In this document: one piece after another, positions 28,686 through 39,012 of the stretch
How the letters are laid out: each line of letters starts with the position of its first letter
Numbering within the stretch: position 1 is the first letter of the stretch
Notes under the pieces: generated by a model
Databases searched by the model: none
Seen by the model: only the letters and a program-made list of their open reading frames with translations
What the model was told of the DNA's origin: nothing
Made by a program: the position numbers and the translations under genes
From: a virus
Taxonomy: Duplodnaviria > Caudoviricetes
Direction: 5' to 3' (one strand)
IMG/VR virus record: IMGVR_UViG_3300033066_001857
Coordinates: 5,002-69,001 of that record
Length of the DNA: 64,000 bases

Positions 28686-30376
28686 TTCCTCCTGTTCCCA
28701 GACGGAGCCGCTGTTGTAGTTGTTGTTGTTGTTGAAGTACTTGTAGTAGTACTAGTGGTTGTTGTTGTACTAGTACTGGTTGTTGTCGTAGTTGTACCAC
28801 TCAGGTTAACTGTGAGTGTTACAGTATCAGTAGCTATTTCTCCAAGATTGTCTTCTACCCACAGTCTTATTTGGTATGTACCAGTTGCTAATCCTGTAAG
28901 CGACAAGGTTGTAGTATTGATACCTGACATGTAAGGATAGTTAGGACCACTGACAAACTCCCAACGGTATACAGAAATTACTCTTCCTGAGAAAGGTGTA
29001 GCTGAACCCGACAAAGTTGTTATACTGGCAGAAAGAGATTGATCCAAACCTGCATTACACGATGGTGGATGAGTTGCAGGAATAGTATAGTTTGTACAAG
29101 CTCCAGTAGTAGGGTGAAGGATACAGTAAGGAGAAGGTTTTAATACTTTTTGAACAACAGTAAATGGATTTACAGCAATTGCTGTAGGTTGGTCCCAGCT
29201 ATTTGGGAAAGAAGCATCAATGCCTCCTGCTAACCAGTCTCCACTTACTTCACCATTACCGCATATACCAGACTTATTTCTACCGCAGAAATATAACTGG
29301 CCATCAGAAGCTTCGAAATATGCATAATATGTATAAGGCATTGCCCCATAGATATCCACAAAGTCACTTCTTTCAGGCACAACCCTTTTCCAGGTTGTGA
29401 TTACGTTATTTGTTGCGGTATCCCAGCCCCAGTTAAACGAGGCCATGTTTAACGTACTACCATCCCCAAGCTCTCCTTGAGGAGAGTTACCTGTTCCCCA
29501 AAGAGCACCATTGGCATCAATTGCATGGGAAAGGTTACTGTTGGTAACAATTGTGACTAGGGGAAGAGCTAAGGGAAAAGAAGCTGTAATATCAGTAAAT
29601 GACTCATAGGGAGATCCGGACAGTCCAGAGCCAGCATTGTCAGGATATCCGCAGAACCAGACCTTTGTTGTACTCCATGCCCAGTTCCAGTTTCTACCAC
29701 CTGCAATACCGACAGCACCTGTTACATTACTAACCTGATGAGGGCTCTTATAAGAGGTTCCAGAACAAGGATAACCCAGGGAATTACCATAAGGGTTACA
29801 TCCACCACCCCAACTCCAAACTGTACCATCAGAACATCTGATAAATACAGAGTATCCTGCAACCACCTGCACAGCTTGCCTACCTCCTGGGATGGTGACT
29901 TGGGTAGGTGCTAATTTAATAGAACCGTCTGTACCATCCCCAAGGAAACCCTGAACACAGTTACCCCAAATCCATACTGTACCATCTCCTTTGACAGCTA
30001 CCCAACCACCTGCTGTACCATTAAAGAAGGAAGCCATCTCGATAACATTGCCGAAAGGGTTTCCGTTTATATCTACAGTGATCTTCGTTGCATAAGGTTG
30101 AGCAGTAGTATTACCTAATCCTGCCATACCGGCAGAACCGTTCTCACCCATGTGCCAAGCATTACCACTACTATCAATTGCAGTACCGTCATGGAGACCC
30201 CCATAACATGCTACAAATGTTGGCATTACACCAAACTGTTGAACACATGCTACAGGTTTACCTGGAGCATCTGCACCATTTGTACCTAATAAGGCATTAT
30301 TATTACCTTGACCATACAGTATACCTGCATTGTCTATAAAAAATATCTGATATTCTCCTGCTCCTACTTTTTTCAT
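28667..30376 (-). CDS. RCC1-like beta-propeller + PKD/Ig-like domain + poly-Thr tail
   Basis: Repeated DGTVWIWG/DGTVWSWG/NGALWGTGN.QGELGDG; NAGLDQS..LSGS..W...GLATGTYQIRL.V.D..G...TDTVTLTV; Thr/Ser run. Confidence 0.7.
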   Translation of the reverse strand: MKKVGAGEYQIFFIDNAGILYGQGNNNALLGTNGADAPGKPVACVQQFGVMPTFVACYGGLHDGTAIDSSGNAWHMGENGSAGMAGLGNTTAQPYATKITVDINGNPFGNVIEMASFFNGTAGGWVAVKGDGTVWIWGNCVQGFLGDGTDGSIKLAPTQVTIPGGRQAVQVVAGYSVFIRCSDGTVWSWGGGCNPYGNSLGYPCSGTSYKSPHQVSNVTGAVGIAGGRNWNWAWSTTKVWFCGYPDNAGSGLSGSPYESFTDITASFPLALPLVTIVTNSNLSHAIDANGALWGTGNSPQGELGDGSTLNMASFNWGWDTATNNVITTWKRVVPERSDFVDIYGAMPYTYYAYFEASDGQLYFCGRNKSGICGNGEVSGDWLAGGIDASFPNSWDQPTAIAVNPFTVVQKVLKPSPYCILHPTTGACTNYTIPATHPPSCNAGLDQSLSASITTLSGSATPFSGRVISVYRWEFVSGPNYPYMSGINTTTLSLTGLATGTYQIRLWVEDNLGEIATDTVTLTVNLSGTTTTTTSTSTTTTTSTTTSTSTTTTTTTAAPSGNRRKCWLIH

Positions 30377-30377
30377 A

Positions 30378-30749
30378 TTATTCCTTTTCTTGAATTGCTG
30401 ATTTACGTTTTCCTAACCAATATTTATATACAGCCCATTGTCCTACTAATCCGACAAAGAACATAACAATGTTTGGAGCAGATAGTATCTTCTCAAAGAT
30501 TCCATCTCCGGGAACATTATCTGAACCTAATCCACCCCATTCATTATGAGTTATAGCAGCAACCAGTACTATAATTAAAGACACAGAAAACGAGGGCCAG
30601 TCAGTCTTAATAAATTTTGACCAGACGCTTTTAAATGTACACTCTGTACAACCATCATTAATATCTTTTACCTTTAAAAGTACAGATACCAGAACACCTA
30701 GTAGTCCGAAGATAAATAGTGGAGAAGAATAGTTTATTGCTTGTATCAT
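30378..30749 (-). CDS. Membrane protein (holin-like topology)
   Basis: 123 aa, 3 hydrophobic segments, basic C-terminus. Confidence 0.5.
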   Translation of the reverse strand: MIQAINYSSPLFIFGLLGVLVSVLLKVKDINDGCTECTFKSVWSKFIKTDWPSFSVSLIIVLVAAITHNEWGGLGSDNVPGDGIFEKILSAPNIVMFFVGLVGQWAVYKYWLGKRKSAIQEKE

Positions 30750-30759
30750 ATTTAAAGTT

Positions 30760-31794
30760 TTAAGTTATTGAGTAGAATGTTGATGGTGAGTTTTGATTAT
30801 TATATACGGTAGCAAACCAGTCATTACTTCTAGCTGCAGAGGATATCCAGAAAATACCCATCTTACCAGCATACCACTCGGTACCAACTCCTGAGTTAGT
30901 ACCTATAGTCATATTGTTTCCTGCATTATTGCTTCTGGACTGCGCATTTGTACCTGTACCATCGGTAGCTCCATTAAAGAAAAAGGTATATGTGGTACCA
31001 GACATTCTAAACCCAAGATGTGTCCAAGTTGAAGCTGATTGAAGAGTATTAGAAGAAGATACAGTTTCATTTGTACCGTCTCCTAAAAACATACCCATTT
31101 TATTTGTACCTGCGGTATAACCAAGTTTTAATGGATTTGCCTTACCTGTACCCACTGGCACTTTTGCCATAATAGATACCACATTGGTAGCATATGACCA
31201 TAAACAAATACTAAAGTCTCCTGTAAACGCAAAGTTGTTACCTGCATTCAGATATTGGGATGAGCCATTAAAGTTAGCTGCACCACCAAAGTTTCCAGAA
31301 GTAGCTGTTACTCCATTGTTTGTCAGATTTACTAATCCCTTAGCATCTGTAACATCCAAGGTAGTTCCATCTCCCCAGTTGTAGACTGCTGCAAAGTTAG
31401 AGTCCCAAGTATTTACTGAGTCTCCTTGGAAGGAAGATACTGATGAGTTTCCTATCCACATGTAAATCACTGTGTTAGCAGTATGCGAGAGGGTAGGAAT
31501 CTTAACGAAGTAGAGTACGTTTCCATTAGTACCGTTCCAGTAAACCTGAGTCCACTTAAGTTTTGTTGTACCTGCAGCATCTGATGTAAATATTACATCG
31601 TAACCGCTTGCATGCTGTACTGAACCACCATTTCCTACTGTTTTCAGATAGGAGTAAGTACCAGATATACCGAAAGGGAAATCAGTCTGGTCAGTATTTG
31701 GAACCTTAGTATAATCAATAGTTATGACCTTCCCAAGGGAATAGCCATTACCCTGACTTCTAGAAGATGTTGCTATTGCAAATGTACTAAACAT
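30760..31794 (-). CDS. DUF2341-like + LamG/concanavalin-A lectin-fold virion protein
   Basis: ITIDYTKVPNTDQTDFP...GYDVIFT...YFVKIPTLS...IYMWIGN; AANFNGSSQYL...WTHLG...FFFNG...ISSAARS. Confidence 0.75.
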   Translation of the reverse strand: MFSTFAIATSSRSQGNGYSLGKVITIDYTKVPNTDQTDFPFGISGTYSYLKTVGNGGSVQHASGYDVIFTSDAAGTTKLKWTQVYWNGTNGNVLYFVKIPTLSHTANTVIYMWIGNSSVSSFQGDSVNTWDSNFAAVYNWGDGTTLDVTDAKGLVNLTNNGVTATSGNFGGAANFNGSSQYLNAGNNFAFTGDFSICLWSYATNVVSIMAKVPVGTGKANPLKLGYTAGTNKMGMFLGDGTNETVSSSNTLQSASTWTHLGFRMSGTTYTFFFNGATDGTGTNAQSRSNNAGNNMTIGTNSGVGTEWYAGKMGIFWISSAARSNDWFATVYNNQNSPSTFYSIT

Positions 31795-31795
31795 A

Positions 31796-32806
31796 TTACC
31801 AAGAAATTATTACTACTAAACCATTACCACCATCACCACCTCTACCGCCTGTAGTACCAGCACCACCGCCTCCACCACCACAACCAATTCCACCGTTTCC
31901 CCCTGCTCCACCTGCTTGTCCATCAGCAGAACCACCTCCTGTGCCCCCTGTCATTATAAAAGGTCTCCAAGATTGGATTCCAGAGTTACCATTACCACCA
32001 ACAAGTACGTTAGAACCGGCAGTACCACCAGCTAAGAAAGAAGAAGCGGGAGCAAAAGTTCCTCCTGCGTAGTCCATTACAGCTTGTAGAGATAACGCAC
32101 CTCCAGTAAAACCAGTTGAGGCTGTATTTACACCCCCACCTCCAGAACCGCCACTAAGGGGAATGGTATTCCAGACAGCAGTTATAGCAGCTCCGTTAGC
32201 ACCTGTCTGAGCACCTCCTATGGCACCTACAAGACCAACTGTGTAGTTTGCACCTACAGCAAATGCACCTGCCCATCCACTACGAGCTTTTGTACCAATA
32301 GTAGGTACAGTACCCGCAGCACCCGCAGCAGCACCTGAACCTGCGCCGCCACCACCTGGAACTGTAGCACCACTTTCTAATATAATATTAGGGATTACGT
32401 TAAAGTTCGTAAGTCCTTTACCTGTTGATATATAGGAGTTTGCACCCGCACCACCCGCAGTACCAGATGTAAGACCTCCCTTACCTCCCATAGGAACTAC
32501 AACATGTAATATGTCAGGAAGCATAAGAGCTGGATACAGGGCCGTAGCTATGCCACCACTTGCTCCACCACCTCCTCCACCGCCTGCAGCTCCAGAAACG
32601 CGAGTAAACCCTGCACCTCCTCCTGAGCCACTGCCTATACAAATCATATAGGTCATTGTAGCACCTCTTGGTTTATACCAGGTTTGAGTAGAGACGTTTA
32701 TAGCAGTACCAAAGAAAACCTGTACATCTGCCTGGGTATTAGGAGGTAACCCAGCAAAATCCGTAAATACGTTTGTTGATGGATACATATTAATAATCTC
32801 CGGCAA
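31796..32806 (-). CDS. Glycine-rich virion protein
   Basis: TWYKPRGATMTYMICIGSGSGGGAG...GGDGGNGLVVIISW. Confidence 0.7.
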   Translation of the reverse strand: MPEIINMYPSTNVFTDFAGLPPNTQADVQVFFGTAINVSTQTWYKPRGATMTYMICIGSGSGGGAGFTRVSGAAGGGGGGGASGGIATALYPALMLPDILHVVVPMGGKGGLTSGTAGGAGANSYISTGKGLTNFNVIPNIILESGATVPGGGGAGSGAAAGAAGTVPTIGTKARSGWAGAFAVGANYTVGLVGAIGGAQTGANGAAITAVWNTIPLSGGSGGGGVNTASTGFTGGALSLQAVMDYAGGTFAPASSFLAGGTAGSNVLVGGNGNSGIQSWRPFIMTGGTGGGSADGQAGGAGGNGGIGCGGGGGGAGTTGGRGGDGGNGLVVIISW

Positions 32807-33266
32807 ACACTTGAGCCTGCCATTGTTGGTTAGTTGTTTGAGCTGTGTGTTGAGAAACTGTTATATACACTCCAGTGGGAAAGGCCATATTAATAGGCAC
32901 TTCAAAGAAGCTAGTTGCGTTAGTAGCGTTAGATGCAGCAATAGCTGGAACTGAGAACTCTGCTAATAAGAAAGTATTAGAAGAAGTAGTAGCTCCCATT
33001 GCAGATCCAGGTGTACCAGAAACAGTTGTCCAATATACACGGAGTACTGTAGCTACAGAGGTTACGTTAGCTGCAGATGCTACTACGCTAAAACGTACTC
33101 TTGAAACGAAGCTACCATTAGCTCCTGAAGAAAAGGCACAATACATTAAATCTGTACCAGTACCTGCACAGGTGCCATCTGATTTTACCTGAGCGGAGGT
33201 AGTTCCTATCTTAGTGGCTTCAATAGTAGGAGTTAAAGTAAAAATTGGCGAAGTGTTAGCGGGCAT
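32790..33266 (-). CDS. Putative tail-fibre-associated structural protein
   Basis: 158 aa; MPANTSPIFTLTP...AFAGDY. Confidence 0.55.
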   Translation of the reverse strand: MPANTSPIFTLTPTIEATKIGTTSAQVKSDGTCAGTGTDLMYCAFSSGANGSFVSRVRFSVVASAANVTSVATVLRVYWTTVSGTPGSAMGATTSSNTFLLAEFSVPAIAASNATNATSFFEVPINMAFPTGVYITVSQHTAQTTNQQWQAQVFAGDY

Positions 33267-33277
33267 ATATTATATTT

Positions 33278-36070
33278 TTAAATTGAATAAGCTCCTATAT
33301 TAAACATTATATCAAGACCTAAATTACTAGCAGCAGCAGGACCAGTATATCCGGTATATCCGGTATACCCTGTGTAGCCTGTATATCCTGTAGGACCATA
33401 GTTACCTGTTGTCACAAGCCAAGTATCTGTTGCTGTCTTGATAAGACATACTACCGAGTACTGACCACTCATAGTTAAAGTTGTTGCTTCTAATGTGACA
33501 CCAACTCCTGCAACTATTGTAGTTGTACCTGCACCTGCTTGTTCAATAATAATCTGCGTTCCTATTGGGAAGTTTACTGTTCCACTTGGAGGCACAGTTA
33601 AGTTGTTAGCTGTTGCCACATCCATTTTTACTCCTGTTCCTGCATCAGATAGAGCTAATGTATATGAAGCAGTCTGAGTAGTAAACCCTAATGTATTTGG
33701 TCCGGTATATCCCGTATACCCAGTAGCTCCAGCCCCAGCAGGACCTGTATATCCCGTATATCCAGTGTAACCGGTAGATCCTGCACCAGCAGGTCCTGTA
33801 TATCCAGTTGCACCAGTATAACCAGTATAACCTGTTGATCCGGCTCCTGCAGCACCTGTGTAACCAGTGTACCCTGTATATCCAGTAGGACCTGTATAAC
33901 CAGTATACCCAGTAAAGTTCCCTGCTCCTGTGTAGCCAGTATAGCCCGTATAACCAGTAGTTCCGGTTGTGCCAGCTCCGGTATAACCAGTATAACCAGT
34001 GTATCCGGTGAAATTTCCGGCTCCGGTATACCCTGTATATCCTGTGGGACCTTGGGGACCAGTATAGCCAGTGTAGCCGGTATAGCCGGTGTAACCTGTA
34101 TATCCAGTAAAATTGCCCGCCCCGGTGTATCCAGTATAACCTGTTGCACCTTGAGGACCGGTATATCCGGTTGGACCGGTATAACCTGTATATCCTGTAT
34201 ATCCTGTGAAATTACCCGCACCCGTGTATCCAGTGTATCCAGTATAGCCGGTCGCTCCAATTGGGCCAGTATAGCCTGTATATCCGGTATAACCCGTGAA
34301 GTTTCCAGCACCTGTATAGCCAGTGTATCCAGTAGGGCCTTGAGGTCCAGTATATCCTGTGTACCCCGTATAACCAGTATAGCCAGTGAAGTTACCTGCC
34401 CCAGTGTAGCCGGTATAACCAGTGTAACCAGTTCTACCAGTATAGCCTGTATAGCCAGTGTAACCGGTGTAACCAGTAAAGTTACCTGCGCCGGTGTACC
34501 CAGTATATCCAGTAGTACCAGTTGGACCAGTGTAACCGGTGTACCCCGTATAGCCGGTGTACCCTGTAAAGTTCCCTGCTCCAGTATAACCTGTATAACC
34601 AGTCGGGCCCTGCGGTCCAGTATAACCGGTATAACCTGTATATCCAGTGTAGCCAGTAAAGTTTCCAGCTCCGGTATATCCGGTATATCCAGTATAGCCC
34701 GTGGTTCCAGCTCCAGTATATCCAGTATAGCCGGTATATCCTGTTGCACCCAGACCTGTATATCCTGTGTATCCTGTGTATCCGGTGAAGTTTCCAGGTC
34801 CGGTGTAACCAGTATATCCGGTTTGGCCCTGGGGACCGGTGTAACCCGTATATCCAGTATATCCGGTGTAGCCAGTAAAATTACCAGGTCCAGTGTAACC
34901 CGTATAACCAGTCTGTCCCTGTGTACCGGTATACCCTGTATAACCAGTTGTACCAATTGATCCCTGTGCACCGGTATATCCAGTAGGTCCAGTATATCCG
35001 GTATAACCGGTGTAGCCAGTCTGTCCTATTGAACCTGTATATCCAGTATATCCGGTATATCCAGTGTAGCCAGTGTATCCAGTGTAACCGGTAAAATTAC
35101 CCGCACCTGTATAACCGGTGTAACCCGTAGCTCCGTATCCGGTGTAACCTGTATAGCCCGTAGCTCCATCAGCACCACCACCATTGATGACTATTCGTCC
35201 TGCAAATCTGCCATCCGGAGTATCTGGTACATAGAAGGTATAGTTGTTATTGTCTGTTTGCTCTACCTTTTCAACCATGATCTGAGAGGAGACAGAGGTC
35301 TCGTCCCAGATTTGGAATACCAGATTTTTGGTATTCAAGTTATGGTTCACTACAATGGAGTAGTAGCCACCTGATGGACCACTCCAGTCTGTTGTAGCAT
35401 TGAATACCTGAGTAAATGCTGGAAGACCAGGACCTGTATAACCTGTAGCACCAGTATAACCGGTGTAACCGGTATAACCGGTGAATGCGCCTGGACCCGT
35501 ATAACCAGTGTATCCGGTTTGTCCGGTATAACCAGTGTTTCCAATTGGTCCGGTATATCCAGTGTATCCTGTGTAGCCTGTAGTACCTATTGATCCCGTA
35601 AATCCTGTATAACCAGTCTGTCCGGTATATCCAGTGTATCCCGTGAAGGCACCTGCTCCGGTATAACCAGTGTAGCCTGTTTGTCCAGTGTATCCAGTAT
35701 AACCAGTATATCCAGTTCTACCGGTAGGACCTTGCGGACCAACCGCACCAGTATAACCCGTATATCCTGTAAATCCGGTATATCCAGTAAATGCTCCAGC
35801 TCCCGTGTACCCAGTATAACCTGTTGTACCAAGAGGCCCCGTGTAACCTGTATATCCAGTATAACCGGTTGAACCAATTGTTCCGGTATAACCAGTATAA
35901 CCCGTATAACCAGTAAAACCCTTAAAGCAAAGCTTCTTGAGAATTACATTTAGGCTATCTGTACAAGTAAAGCATTCGGTATCCCCACCATCGTATCGGA
36001 TCTCAGAGGATTTAGAAGGCTTTCCAACAGTGTTACATGAAGCCTTGTTATATTTTGGCAATTCGTTCAT
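33278..36070 (-). CDS. Collagen-like fibre with Gly-Tyr-Thr repeats (fibre B)
   Basis: 930 aa; short Cys-containing N-domain, long (GYT)n tracts, and the same two inserted modules as fibre A. Confidence 0.8.
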   Translation of the reverse strand: MNELPKYNKASCNTVGKPSKSSEIRYDGGDTECFTCTDSLNVILKKLCFKGFTGYTGYTGYTGTIGSTGYTGYTGYTGPLGTTGYTGYTGAGAFTGYTGFTGYTGYTGAVGPQGPTGRTGYTGYTGYTGQTGYTGYTGAGAFTGYTGYTGQTGYTGFTGSIGTTGYTGYTGYTGPIGNTGYTGQTGYTGYTGPGAFTGYTGYTGYTGATGYTGPGLPAFTQVFNATTDWSGPSGGYYSIVVNHNLNTKNLVFQIWDETSVSSQIMVEKVEQTDNNNYTFYVPDTPDGRFAGRIVINGGGADGATGYTGYTGYGATGYTGYTGAGNFTGYTGYTGYTGYTGYTGYTGSIGQTGYTGYTGYTGPTGYTGAQGSIGTTGYTGYTGTQGQTGYTGYTGPGNFTGYTGYTGYTGYTGPQGQTGYTGYTGPGNFTGYTGYTGYTGLGATGYTGYTGYTGAGTTGYTGYTGYTGAGNFTGYTGYTGYTGYTGPQGPTGYTGYTGAGNFTGYTGYTGYTGYTGPTGTTGYTGYTGAGNFTGYTGYTGYTGYTGRTGYTGYTGYTGAGNFTGYTGYTGYTGYTGPQGPTGYTGYTGAGNFTGYTGYTGYTGPIGATGYTGYTGYTGAGNFTGYTGYTGYTGPTGYTGPQGATGYTGYTGAGNFTGYTGYTGYTGYTGYTGPQGPTGYTGYTGAGNFTGYTGYTGYTGAGTTGTTGYTGYTGYTGAGNFTGYTGYTGPTGYTGYTGYTGAAGAGSTGYTGYTGATGYTGPAGAGSTGYTGYTGYTGPAGAGATGYTGYTGPNTLGFTTQTASYTLALSDAGTGVKMDVATANNLTVPPSGTVNFPIGTQIIIEQAGAGTTTIVAGVGVTLEATTLTMSGQYSVVCLIKTATDTWLVTTGNYGPTGYTGYTGYTGYTGYTGPAAASNLGLDIMFNIGAYSI
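33340..35920 (-). repeat. (GGN TAY ACN)n Gly-Tyr-Thr coding repeats, fibre B
   Basis: 9-nt periodicity with varied third positions. Confidence 0.9.
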
Positions 36071-37014
36071 TACTTAACTTTTGCTATTGCTTCTACATAT
36101 TTAGAAGATGCAAAGAGTTTACTCACCCCCACAATCTTTGCCCCAATGGGAGATCTGTTTATCCAGGCACCTTTGAAAAAGAGAACCTTGTTTTGAGGAG
36201 TTGCTCCTGCATTGTGAAAGATTGGCTTTTTTTGGTATGTCTCTAATGAATCGGTTGCCCAGCTAAAGTCCAGAAAGGGTGTCACTTGGGTCTTTTTGCC
36301 CCTTTTCCAGAGGCTAAAGTTTACAGCCCACATATCAGCACACCAGCTTTGGAACCCTTGGCTTTCTGAGGCAAATGTTTTTTGGTTTATATCTACCATC
36401 AAGTATTTTCGTATTTCTAAACACATCCTTTCAACATCCTCCCAAAATGATGCATCTATGTCTTTGAGGATGTACTGAGCGCCACCAGTATTTCGATCAT
36501 AGGATTTGATCACCTCTGGATCGATCTCTCCTATTTCAGCAAGCTTATTTACAACAGTTCCTTCTGGAATAGCCCCTTGTTTTTCTTTCTGGGTCAAATA
36601 TGTATAATCAAGATAGCTGCTAGTATCAGACTGCCAGTTAATATCTCCTTGACACAGATAATCAAAGTCGGGGAGATAGTTAAACAGAATATCAGAATCA
36701 TGGTAGAAGATCACTTTTCCTTTCAATTCTTCTGCCCGTCCTTTAAAGTGCATTTTTAGGATATGAGGCCGAAGTTGAGGGATATAAAGATTGAAATCAA
36801 CACCCTCATCCTTATAAAAGAAAAACTTCACTTCACGATATTTTCCTACAAGTTTTTTCCAACCCGGATCAAGTCCTGTCTGAGGATACCATACAAGGAT
36901 GTGCATCTTATCAGAAAGGTTATGTTCTCTAAAGTTGGTAATAAGAACTTCGCATTGCCATTGAAAATACAGATCGTGTGGTTGGGCACATATAAACAAC
37001 ATATTATTTCTCAT
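36070..37014 (-). CDS. GT-A glycosyltransferase resembling plant peptidyl O-glycosyltransferases (HPAT/SERGT, GT95/96-like)
   Basis: YFQWQ, YHDSDIL (DXD), GGAQY and WCADMW motifs; stop overlaps the fibre B start. Confidence 0.55.
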   Translation of the reverse strand: MRNNMLFICAQPHDLYFQWQCEVLITNFREHNLSDKMHILVWYPQTGLDPGWKKLVGKYREVKFFFYKDEGVDFNLYIPQLRPHILKMHFKGRAEELKGKVIFYHDSDILFNYLPDFDYLCQGDINWQSDTSSYLDYTYLTQKEKQGAIPEGTVVNKLAEIGEIDPEVIKSYDRNTGGAQYILKDIDASFWEDVERMCLEIRKYLMVDINQKTFASESQGFQSWCADMWAVNFSLWKRGKKTQVTPFLDFSWATDSLETYQKKPIFHNAGATPQNKVLFFKGAWINRSPIGAKIVGVSKLFASSKYVEAIAKVK

Positions 37015-37032
37015 ATTACAATTTTTGAAATG

Positions 37033-37063
37033 AAAAGAGCTGGGCTACATTTGTATCCAGCTC
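37033..37063 (-). terminator. Intrinsic terminator
   Basis: Minus strand GAGCTGG...CCAGCTC followed by TTTTC. Confidence 0.5.
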
Positions 37064-37085
37064 CTGTACCAAAATATAGAAGAAC

Positions 37086-37808
37086 TTATTGAAAAAAGTT
37101 GCTATCGTATATCTTAAGTTGGTTTTTCGGTACAGGAGTTATGACCCTATCTCCATGGTCTACGGAGTGCCTTTTATAGTTTCCAAAGTTTTCCGAGTTG
37201 TAAGGATCTCCAGATGTTTTAAAGGTCGGTATCTCCTGAGACCAGTCATAGATCAGTGTTGGTGCACCTTCCGGATCAACATATAGATTTCCTTCGTTTA
37301 CCAAAGGTTGAAACCATTGGTGATGCTGCTCAGTTGTAGCATCAGAAAATCCATACTTCAAAAGATGCTCTTTTTGTACGAATATGGAAGGCTCTAGCAC
37401 ATTTTCAACCAGGCTCAGTTTTCCTGCTGCATAGTAGTAAGATCTCTGAGGTTTATATGCCAGCTTCCCCCCTTTCAAATAACCCTTTACCCCTTCAGAC
37501 AGATGAGTCGGTAAAAACATATCATCGTCATCTGCAAAATTTACAATCTCTACATCCTCCGGGATGAACGTCACTGCATCGTTATAGATCTGACCGAGGT
37601 TCTCGTAAGATCTACCCGTCTTTAAATTTGTGTAGTTGTTTACCAGCAGTATGTTACTTGGAAGACCTGCTGCCAGAGTTTGTTGTACCTCTGAGTTGTT
37701 ATAGATAAGATGGACAAAATCTTGATGATCCTGTTCCATAAAAAATCTCACTAATCTCTCTATGCATTTATGTCTTCCACAAGTTGCTGTTATTACACAA
37801 ACTTTCAT
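37086..37808 (-). CDS. GT2-family glycosyltransferase
   Basis: MKVCVITATCGR...LIYNN...VNFADDDDMFLPTHL. Confidence 0.75.
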   Translation of the reverse strand: MKVCVITATCGRHKCIERLVRFFMEQDHQDFVHLIYNNSEVQQTLAAGLPSNILLVNNYTNLKTGRSYENLGQIYNDAVTFIPEDVEIVNFADDDDMFLPTHLSEGVKGYLKGGKLAYKPQRSYYYAAGKLSLVENVLEPSIFVQKEHLLKYGFSDATTEQHHQWFQPLVNEGNLYVDPEGAPTLIYDWSQEIPTFKTSGDPYNSENFGNYKRHSVDHGDRVITPVPKNQLKIYDSNFFQ

Positions 37809-39010
37809 TATGGGGTGGTTGTAGTGGTCGTTGTTGAAGTTGTACCCGCAGTGGTTTCTGAGAAGGTAACTACAACATCGGATTGGCTGGTTATTCCTGA
37901 AACGGTTAAGATTAAAGAAGACAGTGTAAATAACGCATTGTGCACAACACTTCCGTTCACTTTAACCTCAACCCATGGATTGGGAGGAGAAGGCTGGATA
38001 GTAGTCGGAGCAATAATGGTTATCTTAGAACTGTTGCTTGTCCCAGAATATGAGTAGGAAGCAGTTTGGCCAGGGCCAGTGGTGCTATCTACGACATAGT
38101 CGATAAGAGACACGCTATCAGTAAAATATATTGGAAAAGGAGCAGTATTTGCTGAGTTATTTACAATTGTGAAATCATTCGGTGCTACAGTGGTAGTAGT
38201 CGTAGTGGTTGTAGTCGGTGCCGCTGTTGTTGTAGTGGTCGTTGACGGGGGACAAACATAGTCTGCAGCAACCAGTATTGCGAGAGAGGTTGAAACAGAG
38301 TTTTCCAGGGCACAGAAGATATTGGAGGTTTCACCAGAATTCAGGGTGATAGGACCTACAGGATTACCATCACAATCCACATAACTATACGTCGAAGAAG
38401 AACCAGTGGTATTCATGACGGAATACCCGGTACATGTACCAATCGTGTGAATACAGTCTTGAACCAGAGAGCAAAGCAGCTCTTTGTAGTGCAGCTTGAT
38501 ATAGTTCAACAGAGCCTCTATGTCAATAGAGGGTACCATATAAACAACTCCTGCAATTGTGGTTGGGGTAATTGTAATTATCCCATCCGTTCCAGGAGCC
38601 ACCTGATCCTCAAGATAATCTTTAGGGTCTGAGCTATCCACTTTCACTTTGCCATCCCCAACATTGTTCAGATCAACCATCAAACCCATGGATGTAACAG
38701 CTGCGATATTGTCCGGATCAGGGTCCAGGATAAGATCATAGCTAGGAGAGTGACCATTTGTACCCCCACTTGTTCCAGCAATGGCATCAGTACTGTTGGC
38801 AGTAAAGGCGGTTTCTGAAAACGTAAAGCTGTCCAGGAGCGCAAGGATATCATCCAGGAACATCCCAGACGTGGCACCAATATTATCCAGATCTTCTCCG
38901 GTATATTGAACACATGCCGCATCCACTGTGCCATGAGGGCATTCACAGGACGTTTCGCTGTTCTGTGAGCAAGGGTAACAGGTTGTTGTAGTGGTTAAGC
39001 AGCTACTCAT
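37808..39010 (-). CDS. Cys-rich virion protein with Thr-run stalks (paralog 1)
   Basis: ACVQYTGEDL...GDGKVKVDSSDPKDYLEDQV; TTTTTTTAAPTTTTTTTTT linker; Ig-like C-domain. Confidence 0.6.
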   Translation of the reverse strand: MSSCLTTTTTCYPCSQNSETSCECPHGTVDAACVQYTGEDLDNIGATSGMFLDDILALLDSFTFSETAFTANSTDAIAGTSGGTNGHSPSYDLILDPDPDNIAAVTSMGLMVDLNNVGDGKVKVDSSDPKDYLEDQVAPGTDGIITITPTTIAGVVYMVPSIDIEALLNYIKLHYKELLCSLVQDCIHTIGTCTGYSVMNTTGSSSTYSYVDCDGNPVGPITLNSGETSNIFCALENSVSTSLAILVAADYVCPPSTTTTTTAAPTTTTTTTTTVAPNDFTIVNNSANTAPFPIYFTDSVSLIDYVVDSTTGPGQTASYSYSGTSNSSKITIIAPTTIQPSPPNPWVEVKVNGSVVHNALFTLSSLILTVSGITSQSDVVVTFSETTAGTTSTTTTTTTP

Positions 39011-39012
39011 AT

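Noticed and set aside
28667-28700. Frameshift fusion between the RCC1 protein and the 122-aa module gene
   Set aside because: No slippery heptamer or structure seen; a simple overlap with an independent ATG explains it
24965-35920. Possible CRISPR array or satellite DNA
   Set aside because: Periodicity is 9 nt and codon-based with wobble variation; no constant repeat with unique spacers
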